DNA of 64,000 bases from Callorhinchus milii (GCF_018977255.1 NW_024704752.1:16988001-17052000); one strand, 5' to 3'. Shown: positions 34,001 through 47,587, counted from the first letter of the stretch. The notes: a model not told the origin generated them from the sequence alone. Translations and numbers: made by a program.

Positions 34001-37000
34001 ATCCTCTGCTTCTTTGGAGGATTTTTACTGGACAGAGTGTTTGGCATACGGTAAGTCTCATTTTAAACCGTTTTCCACCTGTAGCATTCATACTCAACAA
34101 CTAGAACAGGTTATCAGGAAGTGTGTTTGGAACTGGACTTTTAGAAATGGATCAATGTAGGATGACGTTTCTGGTGGTAGATATCTAATACAAAGTCATT
34201 TTATTATTCTGTGCATTTATGATTGACTGCTTCCTCTTTAATATTTAAACATCAAAGTTTGCTGTTTAGTTCTTTGCTGGTCGAAGAAAGAGACAAAGCA
34301 ACTTTCTGCCTGACATGTTGGTTTCTGTCTTCAAAGAGTTGGAAAAGGAATGTCAAAATTGTCTGAGTAAAAACGAAAGGGGAAGCTTTCACGCAATAAC
34401 AACAGTTAGTTTCTGTTCGTCTCTGCAACTTGTTTGATTTGTAACTTAATTAAAGATTAGTATCAAGTTGCAACTGAGACTTCATTAAAAATGATGAAGA
34501 AGCCATTGAAACCCAAATTGTTTGCAATGGTTTTTTTATATATGGAACATTTACAGAAACTATTTGAAAAGCAGCAGAAAGAACTTCTCTATCTTAAATG
34601 AGAACTCAGAATCAAATGTTCAACAAAGTGCTGATGATATACCAATAAATGAAGTATTTTTTAAAAAAAATAAACTTAATAACCTGCTTCAGATCATGTG
34701 TTTTGAATCCAAGAATAAAATCTTTGTCTCCAGACGTGGAGGGTTTCTATTGAACAGAGAGTGAAGAGTACTGCGACCATCATTTTATGTAATATATTGG
34801 ATTATTGTAAAATCCAGTCTATGGTTTGCTTCAGGGAATCAATTGAGTCTGAATTATTTTGCCTGAGCTGAGGCATAGCCCCTATTCCATTTTGTAAGGT
34901 CAACCTGTATGTCATTCATATGGTGTGCGTGTTTTTATGCAACATGTGCCCCCTCGGTGAATATTGCTATATCTCAGTACAAACCCAGAGCTGCTGACCT
35001 TTTCTGGATTGTTTGTGTTCTGCCAACAATTGTCAAAATCAACCATTTGTTGTTTGAAGTTATTTTGCTGCAAACCGAAGCTGGTGCAGAACACGTTACT
35101 TCTGTCTTCAGTACCTGCTCGCAATGATCTTCCTACGTTTGCCATTTGTGTAATGAAGTTTCTAAAAAGCGATTCATTTTAACGCCTACCTTTTTATCTC
35201 GCACAGTTTAGGAACAATAATATTCAGCTTGTTCGTCGTTTTGGGGCAAGTGAGTAGAAATTAAAATTTCCCAAACTATTATTCATGATGCGCGTGCTGT
35301 AATTGGAGGTGTTTACCCTGGGTTATAATTAACTTGAATTTGAGTAAGCAGTGCTGTTCAGAAATGATACATTTTTAACAACTTGTCAGTGCATTTATAT
35401 CTCAGGATTACTGGACTGTGCATTCCTAAGCTGCTATATTTTCTGTTGCAGTAACACTTGTTCGTGCACATCTGTAGTGTAACTTCCTAAGCTAGAGGGA
35501 GAGAAGTTCCAGTCCGCTTTGCGGCAGACATCGTGGAATAGCAATAAAATGCCGTTGTTTCTGTTGCAAACGCTCGCAAGGCACGATTGTAAAAATGGTT
35601 TGAAAGCTGGTTGAAACCATAACAGTTGCATGAAACATAGTGCATGTACAGGGGGAGATGTGTAACACTGAGTACTTTTTATTCCGATAGTAATAATTTT
35701 AAATCTCGCATTTTGGAGCTTATATTGGTGTTGTCATGAGCATTTCAGGAGAGTATCATGGTGGGTATGTTTAAACTCTACATTATTCGGAAGTACTCCG
35801 CTGGACAGTTGTTGGTGTGGCGCTAAACCAATGTCCCCGTTCTTTTGAACTGTGACTATGGGGTGAAGAAGTCTACTTCAGCATAGTGCAGGCTGCTGAG
35901 TAACGGCACAGAGTGTAGGAACCAAAAGAAGCAGATGAGTGTGTGTAAAACATTTATAAAACGTTTAATTTTGTTTTGCTTTAAGGTTATTTTTGCTGCT
36001 GGAGCCTTGCTGAATATCTTTTGGTTAATGGAAGCTGGGCGATTTGTGTTTGGGTGAGTTATGCTTTCCGTCTTAATTTGTTTTATTGTGTTATCTACAT
36101 TTACTAATATATTACAACTGCATTTTAGGAGCTCGCATAAGATTGTCAACTTGGTTTATTTGAAGGAAGTGTCAAAACTGAGGCCGTGCATGAAATGAGT
36201 AGACTGTATGCGGTTGAGATTGTTTTGATTGGGAATATCCTTGAGTAACCCAAATATTTTTTTTATTCAACTTTCCCACAAATACTAAAAACGGATCATG
36301 TTTTTACAAGGTCTGATGTCCATCAGCCCCTTGTTGCTGTAAATTGCTGCATCTCTGAAACAGATAGTTTATGCAGAGCACTCTTGTGACATCAAGTTAC
36401 ATTCCAGTGATGCCATGAATTGTAATGGTCGGCTGATTCGTGATGTTTCCTCAAGGGATTCTATCGCTTCGATCTATTCTATCTAAAGTATCTGTTCCCA
36501 GGCGATCAGCAACGAATGACCAAGACGCTAGTTCTGTAGCTTTTTCGTACGAAGAATTTATTAACATTTACACAGAGGAAATCTATCCCAGCCCAAAAGT
36601 CTGGTATACAAACCAAACGCTTTGCTTTATGCTTTTAAATCGGGATTTGTGCGAGCAGGTGTGGTTATACTCCAGCGCGGGCAGCCCCTTGATGTTCGAA
36701 AGGCATTAAGATCTCAAGCAAAATGGTTTCGTGTTTGAAAGCAAGTGTTGAGGGGAAACCGAGGAATTGCTCCTCGAAATAAGATGTTTTGAACGGATGG
36801 AACGGCATCACAGTGGCTTCATTTGATTAGTTTAATACAAGCTGTGGTTACAATCGAGAATAAAATATGGTCATGCATTTGTTACTTAATCACAGTTTTT
36901 GTTTACTTGCACAGGATTGGAGGGGAGTCTCTCGCAGTGGCACAAAACTCATATGCCGTCAGTTGGTTCAAAGGCAAAGAGCTAAATCTTGTCTTTGGTT

Positions 37001-40000
37001 TACAACTGAGCATGGCCAGACTGGTAAGAATGGTAGCATTTTGTTGGACCTGCAGGATGTGAATGGGTCACAAGATTCAGACAATTGGTTCCACATTATT
37101 TAAACAATTGGAACTAACCCAAACCTTCCAACATTTTACCCGAAATCATTTCTAGAAATCGTTCTTGGATTTCTTTTTGAAGGGGTGCGCGACAGTAAAG
37201 CATTAACCTTTGAGTTGTAATTTACTCGTATATTAAGTACTGAGAATAGTTTCATCAAATAAACCCAGTAGTGGTCATTTGACACGAGTTTCACTCTGTT
37301 TCTGCTCAATCTGTAATCTGTTAAGCATTCAGCTCGTATGAAAGCAGTGATTTGTCTCAAAGGAGAAGGAATGAATTTTTTCATGCGAGTTGGGGGAAGA
37401 ACAAAATCAGTTCCAGTATTAACGTGTAGTTGGTAATACAAAATGGATAGTTCCACTTAATGATGTCTATTGAGGAGTGAAGCAGATACAAGGAGGAATT
37501 ACCTTGATCAATCTGCTACATGGTCGGTTTTCATCGTCTCTAAAAAAATGGTAAAATATTCTGTTCTCATTCAATAGTTTGGAGCTCAATTCTAATATTT
37601 GCTTTATCTCAATTTCCTTCATTGTTTGAGTCCAGCCAATTCTGCTTCACTGCTAAATATATCACTTTGTGGTAGACTGAATACTTGTGTTTTTGTCCTT
37701 TAAGCCTGATTTTGCTGCTGTAAAAATAGCAGTTGTGAAAAACTTAAACTGTGTCGAATTAAATGTCGTGCTTGAAATAAATTGAAATAGATGCGTTTTT
37801 TTTTGGCAGGGCAGCACTGTAAACATGAATATAATGGGATGGATTTTCTCCAGAATATCGCAAATGGTGGGCTCTGAGAGTCCCACAGCACTTGGCATCA
37901 GTCTCATGATAGGTTTGTTCGTGTTCATTTGAGGTCCAGTGACCGGAATCATTCTTTGTAACTACTTATCAAGCTTATTTAACAGTTTAAAAGACGACCA
38001 GAGAGTCTCAGATTCGCTTAAAGGTTTTTTGAGTCGTCCCTTTCTCTACCTGTAAAGGTGTTTTGGATCAAACTCGTGTGGCCGACATTAATATAAATTC
38101 AAACAGGCAAATGTTAGTGGTTTCTCCTGGAACCCAATGGAGTTGCTGCACCCCCCAGTACTTTCCCCAGTAATTTCTCCCATTTGTGAACCTGGGCAGT
38201 GATTGCCAGCAATTCATTCAAGTCCGACTCCTTTTGTTGCACTGTGCCTGCATGTGCAGTGGGTATTGGGTCACTGATTTTCTGGAGGCTTCAGTCTTTC
38301 GGTGCTGAGAATGATCCCTATTGGATATTGTGGAACATTCTTCTTTAACAGGAGGTTGCTCGAATATTACATTCTTTTCTCTCTGTGCAGGTACTGCAAC
38401 CTGTATCTTTTCCTTGCTGTGTGCATTATTTCTTGGTTACTTAGACAGAAGAGCTGCAAAGATATTAAACAAAGAACAAGAAAAGACAGGTGAGATTTTT
38501 CCTCCTTCCTCTCCCAAATACACACAACACAGTCGCATTGTGTACATATATTTCCTTTAAATTGATTTCACTGAGTCACTCGAAACTTCTGTTTAAAGAT
38601 TGAATTTATTCTGTTAAACTATTAAAAAATGGAATCACCCTTTGCACAGGTTTTGCTTTGCACAGTTTGCTCAAATCATTTGTCGTCTGATTTTCTATTT
38701 TATGTACTTGAAGCATATATCTTCAAAGCTAATAAGGTTAGCCTTGCATGTATTTTAATTGGATAAAGTGCAAACCATGCTACTGAACTAACAATAGAAC
38801 TGTGTGCAGTTGTGATTTCGCCCACAAAATATACAGTCAATTCACTTTACAGTATACTCTGTAAAGCGCTTTGAGACGTCTTGGAAACGTGATAATGCGC
38901 ATATAAAATGCAAGAATTATTATTTTTATTGTCAAAACTTGGCTGGGCTGTTTGAATATTCTGTGTCGTAAATCTTTTGCAGGTGCAATAGATTTCGTTT
39001 TTNAAAAAAACATTTTGCCTGTGAAGATTTTGGCCAGTGTCTTAATTTTAAATGTCTAGTAGCGTTTTTCCAAATACTTGCTGTTGCCAGAACCCTGAAA
39101 TATCCACATAACTGATGTTCTCTTCTGGTAGTGTTTGTCTGGTTATTTTATCTCTTAACTGCTAATGCTTGACACAGAGAATTTTGGCCATCTTATGCCA
39201 TTTATTTTATTTTGTGCGTGTCGGAAAATTGGAACAACATTAATAATAATAATAATCCTTGCATTTGATATAGCGCTTTTCACGTCGGGAGGACGTCCCA
39301 AAGCGCTTCACAGAATATACTGTAAAGTGAATTGACTGTATATTTGTAGGCGAACGCGGCAGCCAATTGCACACAGCAATGTCCCGCAAACAGTCATGGA
39401 TTCAAAGTAACCAATTTTTTATTATTGTTTTTTTTGGAGGGATTATTATTAGGCTCTGTGTGGAGTAAGGAAACTTGCCCAAGGTTTCGCCCTCTGCCTG
39501 GGATTGAACTCAGGTCTCTCGCTTGCAAAGCGAGTGCTCTAACCACTGAGCTACAGGACTCCACAGTGGCAACTACCTACAATCATATTGCACACTGACA
39601 AAATATATGTGGAGAGCTGATGCCTGGGCAATCCACAACGCAATTTACATTTATATAGCGTCTTTCACGTCAGGAGGACGTCTCAAGGCGCTTCACTTAA
39701 AAGAGTTTAAGAGATAACAGTAATGGGTAACTGGTTATGGCAATTTCTGACGCTACAATAAAATGCTTGAGGCAGTCTTGTAAAACCGGCTGCCGGCCTT
39801 GACATTCTGTTCAATACGCAATCCACAAGCTTGTGAATTTTCCCAGGTGCACGGCAATTCATCAGCATTTCAAAATGGAATGCAAATGGTGAAATCTAAT
39901 ATTGGCTCCTTTTAAATCTTTCTAGGTGAAGTCATTAAATTGACAGATGTGAAACATTTTCCAGCATCCCTCTGGTTGATATTTTTTATCTGTGTTGGCT

Positions 40001-43000
40001 ATTATGTAGCTGTTTTCCCATTTATTGGGCTTGGAAAGTAAGTACCTGTATTTCATTCAACCTAAACTCCTAATCTAGTGTTGATTAATTCTTGCACGGG
40101 CATTGGAAAGTAGTAGTTTGACTAAGACTTGATACTTAACTGCGCCGTACTCAGTTATTTTTAAATGTACTCCTACGTCAAGGAGTATGTTCTGTATTTG
40201 GTATGTTAATCTCTGAGAAATTCCAGTGTATATAAAAAAATTGCTGCGCAAGTAAACATCCCAACTGAACGAATTGTTCAGCGTGTCTTAAGACTAACGC
40301 CTGTGTAAGTTTTCTGTGTAAATCAACAAGCATCAAAGCCACATAGGGGAAGGGCAGTCCAGGGGAGCATCACTTCTTAGAAAAATATTCCCTCAGGTCT
40401 ATGAAGCCAAAAATTTATGAAAGGATATTTAACTTCGAGCTCAGTATTGTTGCAGTTAGAAGAGTGACCTGTCACCTCAGTTGTCAGACTCACTCCAGTG
40501 AGCTTTGTTGGGAGCGGGAATAATGAGCAAATAGCAACTCGTGTAAAATACAGAGATTTGCCGTGCGAACACAACACAGGCACATCTCCTGTTTTGTTTC
40601 ACATAAAAGAGCGACCACAATATATTTTTTCTCCGTCTTAGGGTTTTCTTCATTGAAAAGTTCAACTTCTCTCCTGCAGAAGCCAGTGCCGTCAACAGGT
40701 AACTGCTACCAGCAGGATTATAGACAAAAAAAAATCCAGGTGTAGCAATTGCACGTAAATCCCGTAAATTGCATATTTTTAAAGGTCAGTGCTTTGTATT
40801 GCTTTCACACACAGTGCTTTTAAAGATCAAGCACTCCGGGACGCTACCCTACGTGAAGGCCGCGATGTAAATGCAAGTTGTTGTTTATGTGAGCTATTCG
40901 TATGATAATACAGTTGAATATTCCACTCATTCTGATTTCTCTTTTCCAGTATTGTGTATATAATTTCGGCTCCAGCTTCGCCTGTCCTAGGATTTCTGGT
41001 GGACAAAGTGGGAAAGAATATCTTTTGGGTTATGTGCGCTGTGATAATCACTCTGATTGCTCACATGATGTTGGCATTCACCTTCTGGAACCCTTGGATT
41101 GCAATGGTAAAGCAACTGTCCTTTATGCACTGTTTGCCTGAAATATCTATGTGACCATCTCTGAAAACAGCTATGTGAAAGAGACTTTAGATGTGCATTG
41201 ACAGTAAATTGCCTGTGGTGTATTTAAAGGGGAAAGGAAGGGTTTAGGAGAATAAGGTGCACAGGGTAGGACAACTCCGTGCTCTCTGAGTGTGAACCAT
41301 TCAATCTTCCCACATCAACCATCTTTGTTGCCTTTTTTTACAAACAGCTGACGCAATTAATATATATGTTCCAAATTGTCACTCATTAGGAACTACAGGA
41401 AGATTTCTTCCTTTTGCTCTCAGACCAGATCTTGCCCTGGGCTGGAATCCGACCCAAGTCCCATAGGTGAAAGGACAGGCGTGGTTTTCGTTCAACCGGT
41501 TTGTGTTTTTTTAAAAAAAAGAATGATTCCTGAAGATTTACTGGATGGTAATATTTTATAAATCACCTTATTGTGTTGAAATATTTGAAGGTACAGTGGC
41601 AATTGTGAAGCTTCACTGTGCTATGCAACATTACTTACCAAATGAGTTGGTTTGATCCGAGTGCAGTTCTGTACATCGCGGGGAGGTAAGGGAAAAGGAG
41701 CAAATGTGTGTTTAAGAGAGGAGAAAATTGACAAAAACTTCAACTTTAAATGTTTCTATGTCCCTTGGTTTGGCTTATTTTAAGGCCGGATGCTTTCAAA
41801 AGAATAATTGGGATCAAGAATAGAGATTTATTTTTGATGTCTAATTTGCTCTAATTTCAGAGTCTGTTGGGAATTTCGTATTCTTTGCTTGCCTGTGCGT
41901 TGTGGCCCATGGTGGCTTTTGTGGTTCCTGAACATCAGATCGGAACAGCATATGGCTTGTGAGTAATAATTAATAATAATCCTTGCATTTGATATAGCAC
42001 TTTTCACGTCTTCTAGTATTCTGAAGTCCCTTGGTCAGAGGAGATTCTTGGTTTTCCTTTAGTGCGCATGTTTAGCGTGTTTAGTTAAGACTGTTTTCTT
42101 GACAATTTGTGTCTTTTTTTTCAAAATGTTTTTTTGAACATTTCTTTCCAGCATGCAGTCCATACAGAACTTGGGCCTTGCAGTGATTGCAATTGCTGCT
42201 GGTGCTATACTGGATTCCAGAGGATATTTACTACTTGAAGTATTTTTCTGTGCTTGTGTCTGTTGTGAGTACCGTATGTTTGAAGTATTCTTCTATTTTC
42301 CGTGTCACTTGCTGAGATAATGCTGTTCAGTTGAATGAAAACAAATTATACTGAACATTGAATGAATTAGCAGATATGTCTCTCATGTGAATATACAAAG
42401 AAATATTTTGATAACCGCATAAACACGACAATGGCACTGGAATTCACATTTGTGTTGAAGATATTAAATAATTCTTATGTTTATCACATTGTCAAACGTC
42501 TCCAAACATTTTGGAGTCGTGGAGTCCTGTAGCTCAGTGGTTAGAGCACTCGCTTTGCAAGCGAGAGACCTGAGTTCAATTCCAGGCAGAGGGCGAAACC
42601 TTGGGCAAGTTTCCTTACTCCACACGCCTAATAATAATCCTCAAAAACAAAAACAATAATAAATTGGTCATTTTCAATCTACGACTGTTTGTGGGACATT
42701 GCTGTGCACAATTGGCTGCCGCGTTCGCCACAAATATACAGTCAATTCACTTTACAGTGTGTTCTGTGAAGCGCTTTGGGACGTCCTCCCGACGTGAAAA
42801 GCGCTATATCAAATGCAAGGATTATTATTATTATTATTATTATTATTATTTAACAGGATTCACTGTAAAGTGTAGTGAGTGTGTGTTTGAAGCTGAACCA
42901 ATTGTTCAACTATTGTTCAACCAATTTGTGAAACACTGCACCCAGCAGTGTTCCACAAACAGCCATGACGTGAATCACCAATTGTAGGATTGTTGACCAG

Positions 43001-46000
43001 GATCCTGGGAGAGAAACTGTCCGCTTTCCAAATAATGCCATTGGATCTTTAACATCCACCTAAACGGTAGACGGGATATTGGTTTAACATCTTACTGAAG
43101 GACAGCAGTGCAGCTCTCTCGCAGCACCTCATTGGAGTATCAGCCTCGACTATGAGCTCAAAGTCCCAACGTGGGGCGTAAACTCAGTCTCTTCTGACTC
43201 TGGCTCTATTTACATGTTTTATATTCAGAAATGGAAAATAAATGACACTGTTACCATATTTAAACACCCTTTAGTCTGGATCCAAAAGCAAAATCTGTTG
43301 AACTGCAATCCAAAAGCCAGGAGAAGGTTTTATTTACTGGTAGCAACCAATTTGTGGGTTTCCTGTACCATTGTTTCCTTACAGTGCTGACGAAAACAAC
43401 CTTATACATTCCAAACCTGCGCCACTCTTCCTGTTCTTAATAATACGTGAATTTTTGCTGTGGTTTCTCTTATTGGGGATGCGGGTTCAGTGCTTTACAG
43501 AAAGCTGTAATTTGTGTTGTTACAATTCGTTTAACAATTCTGAGTTCGTTTTACAGATTCTGATAGTATCCCTTCTAAAGTCTGAGTTTAGCTGACTCGG
43601 ATCATGTTTCACTTTTCAAATAATTGTTGTGTTTTTACATTTGTTCTGTTGAATTATGCTTGAGCTCAGTGTCTGAATTTGTGACAGTGATTTTCTTCTT
43701 TTTTTTGTCTTCCAGTGGCACTGATGGGTGTGGTATTGCTATATTTTGTGGATCTGTTGGCAGGTATGAATTTCTCTGAAATTGTTTTCTTTGAGACAGC
43801 GTTTATTTCAGAGTGTGACAAAAGGTGTTGATAATGATGTTTGTTTGTAAACCTGTCAGGAAGTGGACTCAATATGGCAGCCTGGAAACGTTCAAAATTA
43901 CAGAATATTACAGCAGAAGAGTAAGTGTTAAGTGTTCTTTTCAATTGGGGGAGGAGGGAAGCAAGGGTTGGAAATAAATTACTCTTTATGGTAAATGGTT
44001 GAGTTCAACCTGACTAATTGAAGACATCTTCAGGTTGGGATCGAGTAACAAGTGGAAGGAACAATAGTTGAACAATGGCATTTTGTAAACTATAAACTCT
44101 TTTCTAGGAAGTATTGACATTGTCCAGAAATTCTAGACATCCTTGGGACATCCTCCCGACATGAAAGGCACTCTATAAATGCATTTTGTTGTTTCTTTAT
44201 TCAAAATGTTTTCATCTTCGTAAAATCAGTGGTACACACTAACTATTAATTTCACCTCCTGCCGATTCATCTGAATGATACTGACTATTATCCTTGAGAT
44301 CTATTGTACAAACAATTTCTCTCTATTTCGCCCTTCCCTAACTGGATGAGGGTTTATGGCTAAGAAATAGTATTGCTGGGAAGAAAATTAGAATTACACT
44401 GGAGAGGAGTTGTATCATCGTAGCATTGCAGAAGAGTTCTGTGCAATACATACAATGCTCTGCAGATTGGTCAGTGAAAACTGTTACATACAGGAAAATA
44501 CTATTTTGAACTGTGAAACAAGCATGAATTATTTTAAACAGCTTGCCTGATGGTCTTTAATCCAGGATTTCAATACAATCTTAATTAAGTTCATTGTGGA
44601 AACATAATGTTTTTGTTAAATCTGCTTAATTCCAAATGATAGGATTTGTTTTTGGATGAGAAATTGTTCTGGAATTAACCCGTTCAAAACCTGCAGTCTA
44701 TTATATTATCCTTCACTTTGCTACTTAACTTCAGTCGTGTGGGAGTGAAATAAGTCACGGATATGGATGGAAACTACTTTGCTCTTTGGAAGTAAATGCC
44801 TTTTTTCAGTCACTTGGCTGTAGAACAACAAAGCACAAACCTGCTTAAATGTTTCCATAAAACCTGAAATGCAGAGACCAGTTGTGTGTATTTGAATATT
44901 CTTTGAACTTCTTACCTTCCTGCTGTTGTTTGCTTTGTGTGTGCGTGTGTGTGTGCATGGAGCTCTAGATTTGCAAACAAAAACTGATTTGGATTCATGT
45001 CAAAAGATGATACGACAACCTACCCTTTTTTGTACTTCTGGAATGAAGTGTTGTAATTTACTCCAGCATAGTCCCACAATGCACTTAATTGTTCCCTGTT
45101 ACTTCTGCATTGCCTATTTCAGATGAGGTGATAAGTAAGTAATCCACGATTGGCAACAGTGCAGATGTCTCCAAAGGTTGTGAAATCTACCACATAGTAT
45201 TGGTATCTGTTTGTGACTCCAAAGCAAGGCTGCCATCTGTCAATATAAATGGAAAATAAGTAGTGAAGTCGTGGAATTGGGTGTCTTTTTTGACTCTTTT
45301 TACCAGGATCCTTTCTTTTTACTCTTCTTGCTCACGACTTATAGATTATGGGATACCTTCCTGGGCTCATTGGCTCTATGTCTTGTGTTTCACTTACCTT
45401 GTTGCAGGTATTAATAGATGAGTATTAAAAGGCGCTGCTTAATTTCTTCAGTCATAAGCAAGCACTGTGTATAAGCAAGACATTAAATAGCTATAAATCA
45501 ACTCTGAATGATCCGGACAGGTGCTATTACTTCATTTCGGACAACCTTTAATTGGTCCACCCAGAAACACTTTCCAAGTTGGTTACTTTGGGGGTAACTT
45601 GCAATGCAGGTTAAATCATGAGCTGGAATTCAAAAGTTGCAGGTGGTCTGCTTAGCATTGTTAAATAGTTCTGTGTGGGCATTGGCATGACATTAACTTT
45701 CAACACAATTTCTTACAGGTGAGAATTGTCAGTAGCAGCCTTCGACCAGAAGTGTACAACCCTTTGAGCATCAAAACATCAACATGAAGAATATACTGTA
45801 TTTAATACTTTCAGTGTGTAATGGGGGAGAACAACACCTCACCCATAAATTGTAATCCAGCAATGCCTTGCTTGCAGTGCTTGACATCCCATAGTCATTT
45901 TATATTCCAATTTTAATAGCCTACGGACACTCAAGGCTGCAATATTAAAATAACATTTATAAATTGTGCTTTTAGTTGACTTTACCCCCAAATCATTGTG

Positions 46001-47489
46001 CTGTGACAATTTCTCTTATTCAATGGGACATCGAGTTAATCAATGCATATAATTTCAATATCCTTTCTGTAAAATGATATATTTTTGAACCAATTTTGTA
46101 CTACCTAGTTTTGTCGTCTACATTTGAGTGTGCCATGAATGGGAAAGTTTTAAATAGAGCTTATATTTTTCATGTGTTTCAGAGCACTTATGTTCATGTT
46201 TACGCAGATTCAGATTTTTAAAAACTATAGACCAGATATTGTACAAAATTGTATACAAATTTTGCACTAGAAAATTAACTTTAAAAATGTATTTGCAACT
46301 GCTGGAACTGTGCATGGATGCCTTCCCCGAACAAGCTAACTTCAGTAAACTTCAAAATGGTGAATAATGTGGCTGTGTTAATGCATTTCAAGACTGTTGG
46401 AATGGCGTTGTTAATGGAATGGCTGTGGTAATGCATTTGCAAAACCACTCAATTATTTGCACTTATTGTGTGTGTCTGTGTTTGATTTATGTATTGCAAT
46501 TCGCTTATTCAATGCAAGGCTGGTGGCTGGTCCATTCTGTACTTGTGCCGTAAACTGTTCTTTGTTAGGTAAGATGCATTGAAAAGTTATCTTTGGCGAT
46601 ACTAACTTTGAACTGAAATGAAACCTGTTCAAATTTGTTCTGTAATGTCTTAACCGCTCCATATTTCAGAAAGATTTATATACTGCGTTTAACAACCTAA
46701 TAAAAAAAATGAATTTTACTAATGTCTTATTTAAATCTGCACAACTTGGTAACACTTAATACATGCAATGCTCCTCAGGCTGATTTTTGTGTTTACTAAA
46801 CTTATCAGTGACAATAAAACTTTAATAATTAAATATCTCCAGATCAAGATGATCATATTTTCCCTGGTTCGTTGGAAATTTAATTTCTGGGTATGATGCC
46901 TCGGGTAGCTGAAATTCATCATCATTTTGGCTTATTTGTTTCGCAGAGCTGAGAATGCTGAGCGTATTCGGCAATGGGAAGAAGAAGACTTAGCCAAGAT
47001 TCAACCCATGAGCGCCTTTGCAGTGAGAAACCGATACCTTTCCAGACTCGGCGCACAAGTAAGAACAACTGTACATTTTACAACTTTCTTCTGTTAAAAT
47101 CTCTCAGTTTAAAGGATGATAGAAGTCACACTCCAATGGGCTATAGTTTGTTTATATGCGGTCGTTGTCCAGATTCGTTTTCAAGAGCTTTATTGTGCTG
47201 TAATCATGTCGAATCTATGATTCAACCAGTGATAAGCGCTCTCTGGATCTTTTGCTTCAGTTTTGTGGCTTTTCTATTATTCTTGTGGGTCTTTTCCACG
47301 TAAAGGCCTGCTACTGATGGAATCATCTATGTTAGCAGCTTTGTAAATTCATTTTGTTTTTAAGAGCTTTAAATATCAGTGAAATTTTGCTGTGTAAGTC
47401 GCGTCTGATTTTTGCTTGTTTTCTTGCAGTTACCAGAACACTATTGCATTCATATATCTGCACTGAAGTACAGAAGTATGCTCACATAA
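30730..47489 (+). CDS. MFSD1: Major facilitator superfamily domain-containing protein 1 (lysosomal dipeptide transporter), 17 coding exons, 522 aa
   Basis: Exons 30730-30892, 33597-33649, 33938-34050, 35207-35249, 35986-36053, 36915-37023, 37810-37912, 38391-38489, 39926-40037, 40642-40698, 40950-41106, 41861-41958, 42152-42264, 43716-43763, 43860-43920, 46947-47058, 47430-47489 (sum 1569 nt, open). Motifs [62 protein letters not shown]. The last two exons are less certain than the first 15. Confidence 0.94.
30897..31058. repeat. (ACTG)n and (ATA)n microsatellites in MFSD1 intron 1
   Basis: CTGA repeats at about 30897-30924 and ATA repeats at about 31024-31058. Confidence 0.85.
31580..31894 (-). 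mobile_element. Full-length tRNA-derived SINE with L2-type tail
   Basis: Near-identical reverse complement of the 42521-42850 copy. Confidence 0.92.
32225..32352 (+). mobile_element. Deu-domain SINE relic
   Basis: GACACTCCAGTGCAGTGCTGGGGG...GATGCCGTCCTT...GAGATGTTAAATTGAGGTCCATCTGCCTGTTCAGATGG matches the recalled Deu-domain 5' portion. Confidence 0.7.
39241..39562 (-). mobile_element. Full-length tRNA-derived SINE in MFSD1 intron 8
   Basis: Head GGAGTCCTGTAGCTCAGTGGTTAGAGC on minus, core, hairpin and (TTA)n tail. Confidence 0.93.
42521..42850 (+). mobile_element. Full-length tRNA(Ala)-like SINE in MFSD1 intron 13
   Basis: A box TAGCTCAGTGG, TGC anticodon-like loop, B box GAGTTCAATTCC, core GGGACATTGCTGTGCACAATTGGCTGCCGCG, tail GCGCTTTGGGACGTCCTCCCGACGTGAAAAGCGCTATATCAAATGCAAGGA(TTA)n. 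Confidence 0.95.
42852..43200 (-). mobile_element. Old Deu-domain SINE interrupted by the young SINE
   Basis: ATAATGCCATTGGATCTTTAACATCCACCT...GGTTTAACATCTTACTGAAGGACAGCA is the reverse complement of the Deu domain. Its tail resumes at about 42478-42513. Confidence 0.65.
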
Positions 47490-47581
47490 ATAGACACTGG
47501 CAGAAGAAGGTCACGTCTGTCATTTATAAGGACAGTGAAAGTGGTGTCACAGAAGTCTTGCAAATTTTTTAAGTATTCGTG

Positions 47582-47587
47582 AATAAA
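47582..47587 (+). terminator. Candidate proximal MFSD1 polyadenylation signal (distal candidate 48231-48236)
   Basis: AATAAA 92 nt after the TAA of exon 17. Confidence 0.4.

Noticed and set aside
42521-42595. tRNA-Ala-like cloverleaf with A and B boxes
   Set aside because: It is the head of a multi-copy SINE continuing into core and tail; the acceptor stem does not close as in a true tRNA.
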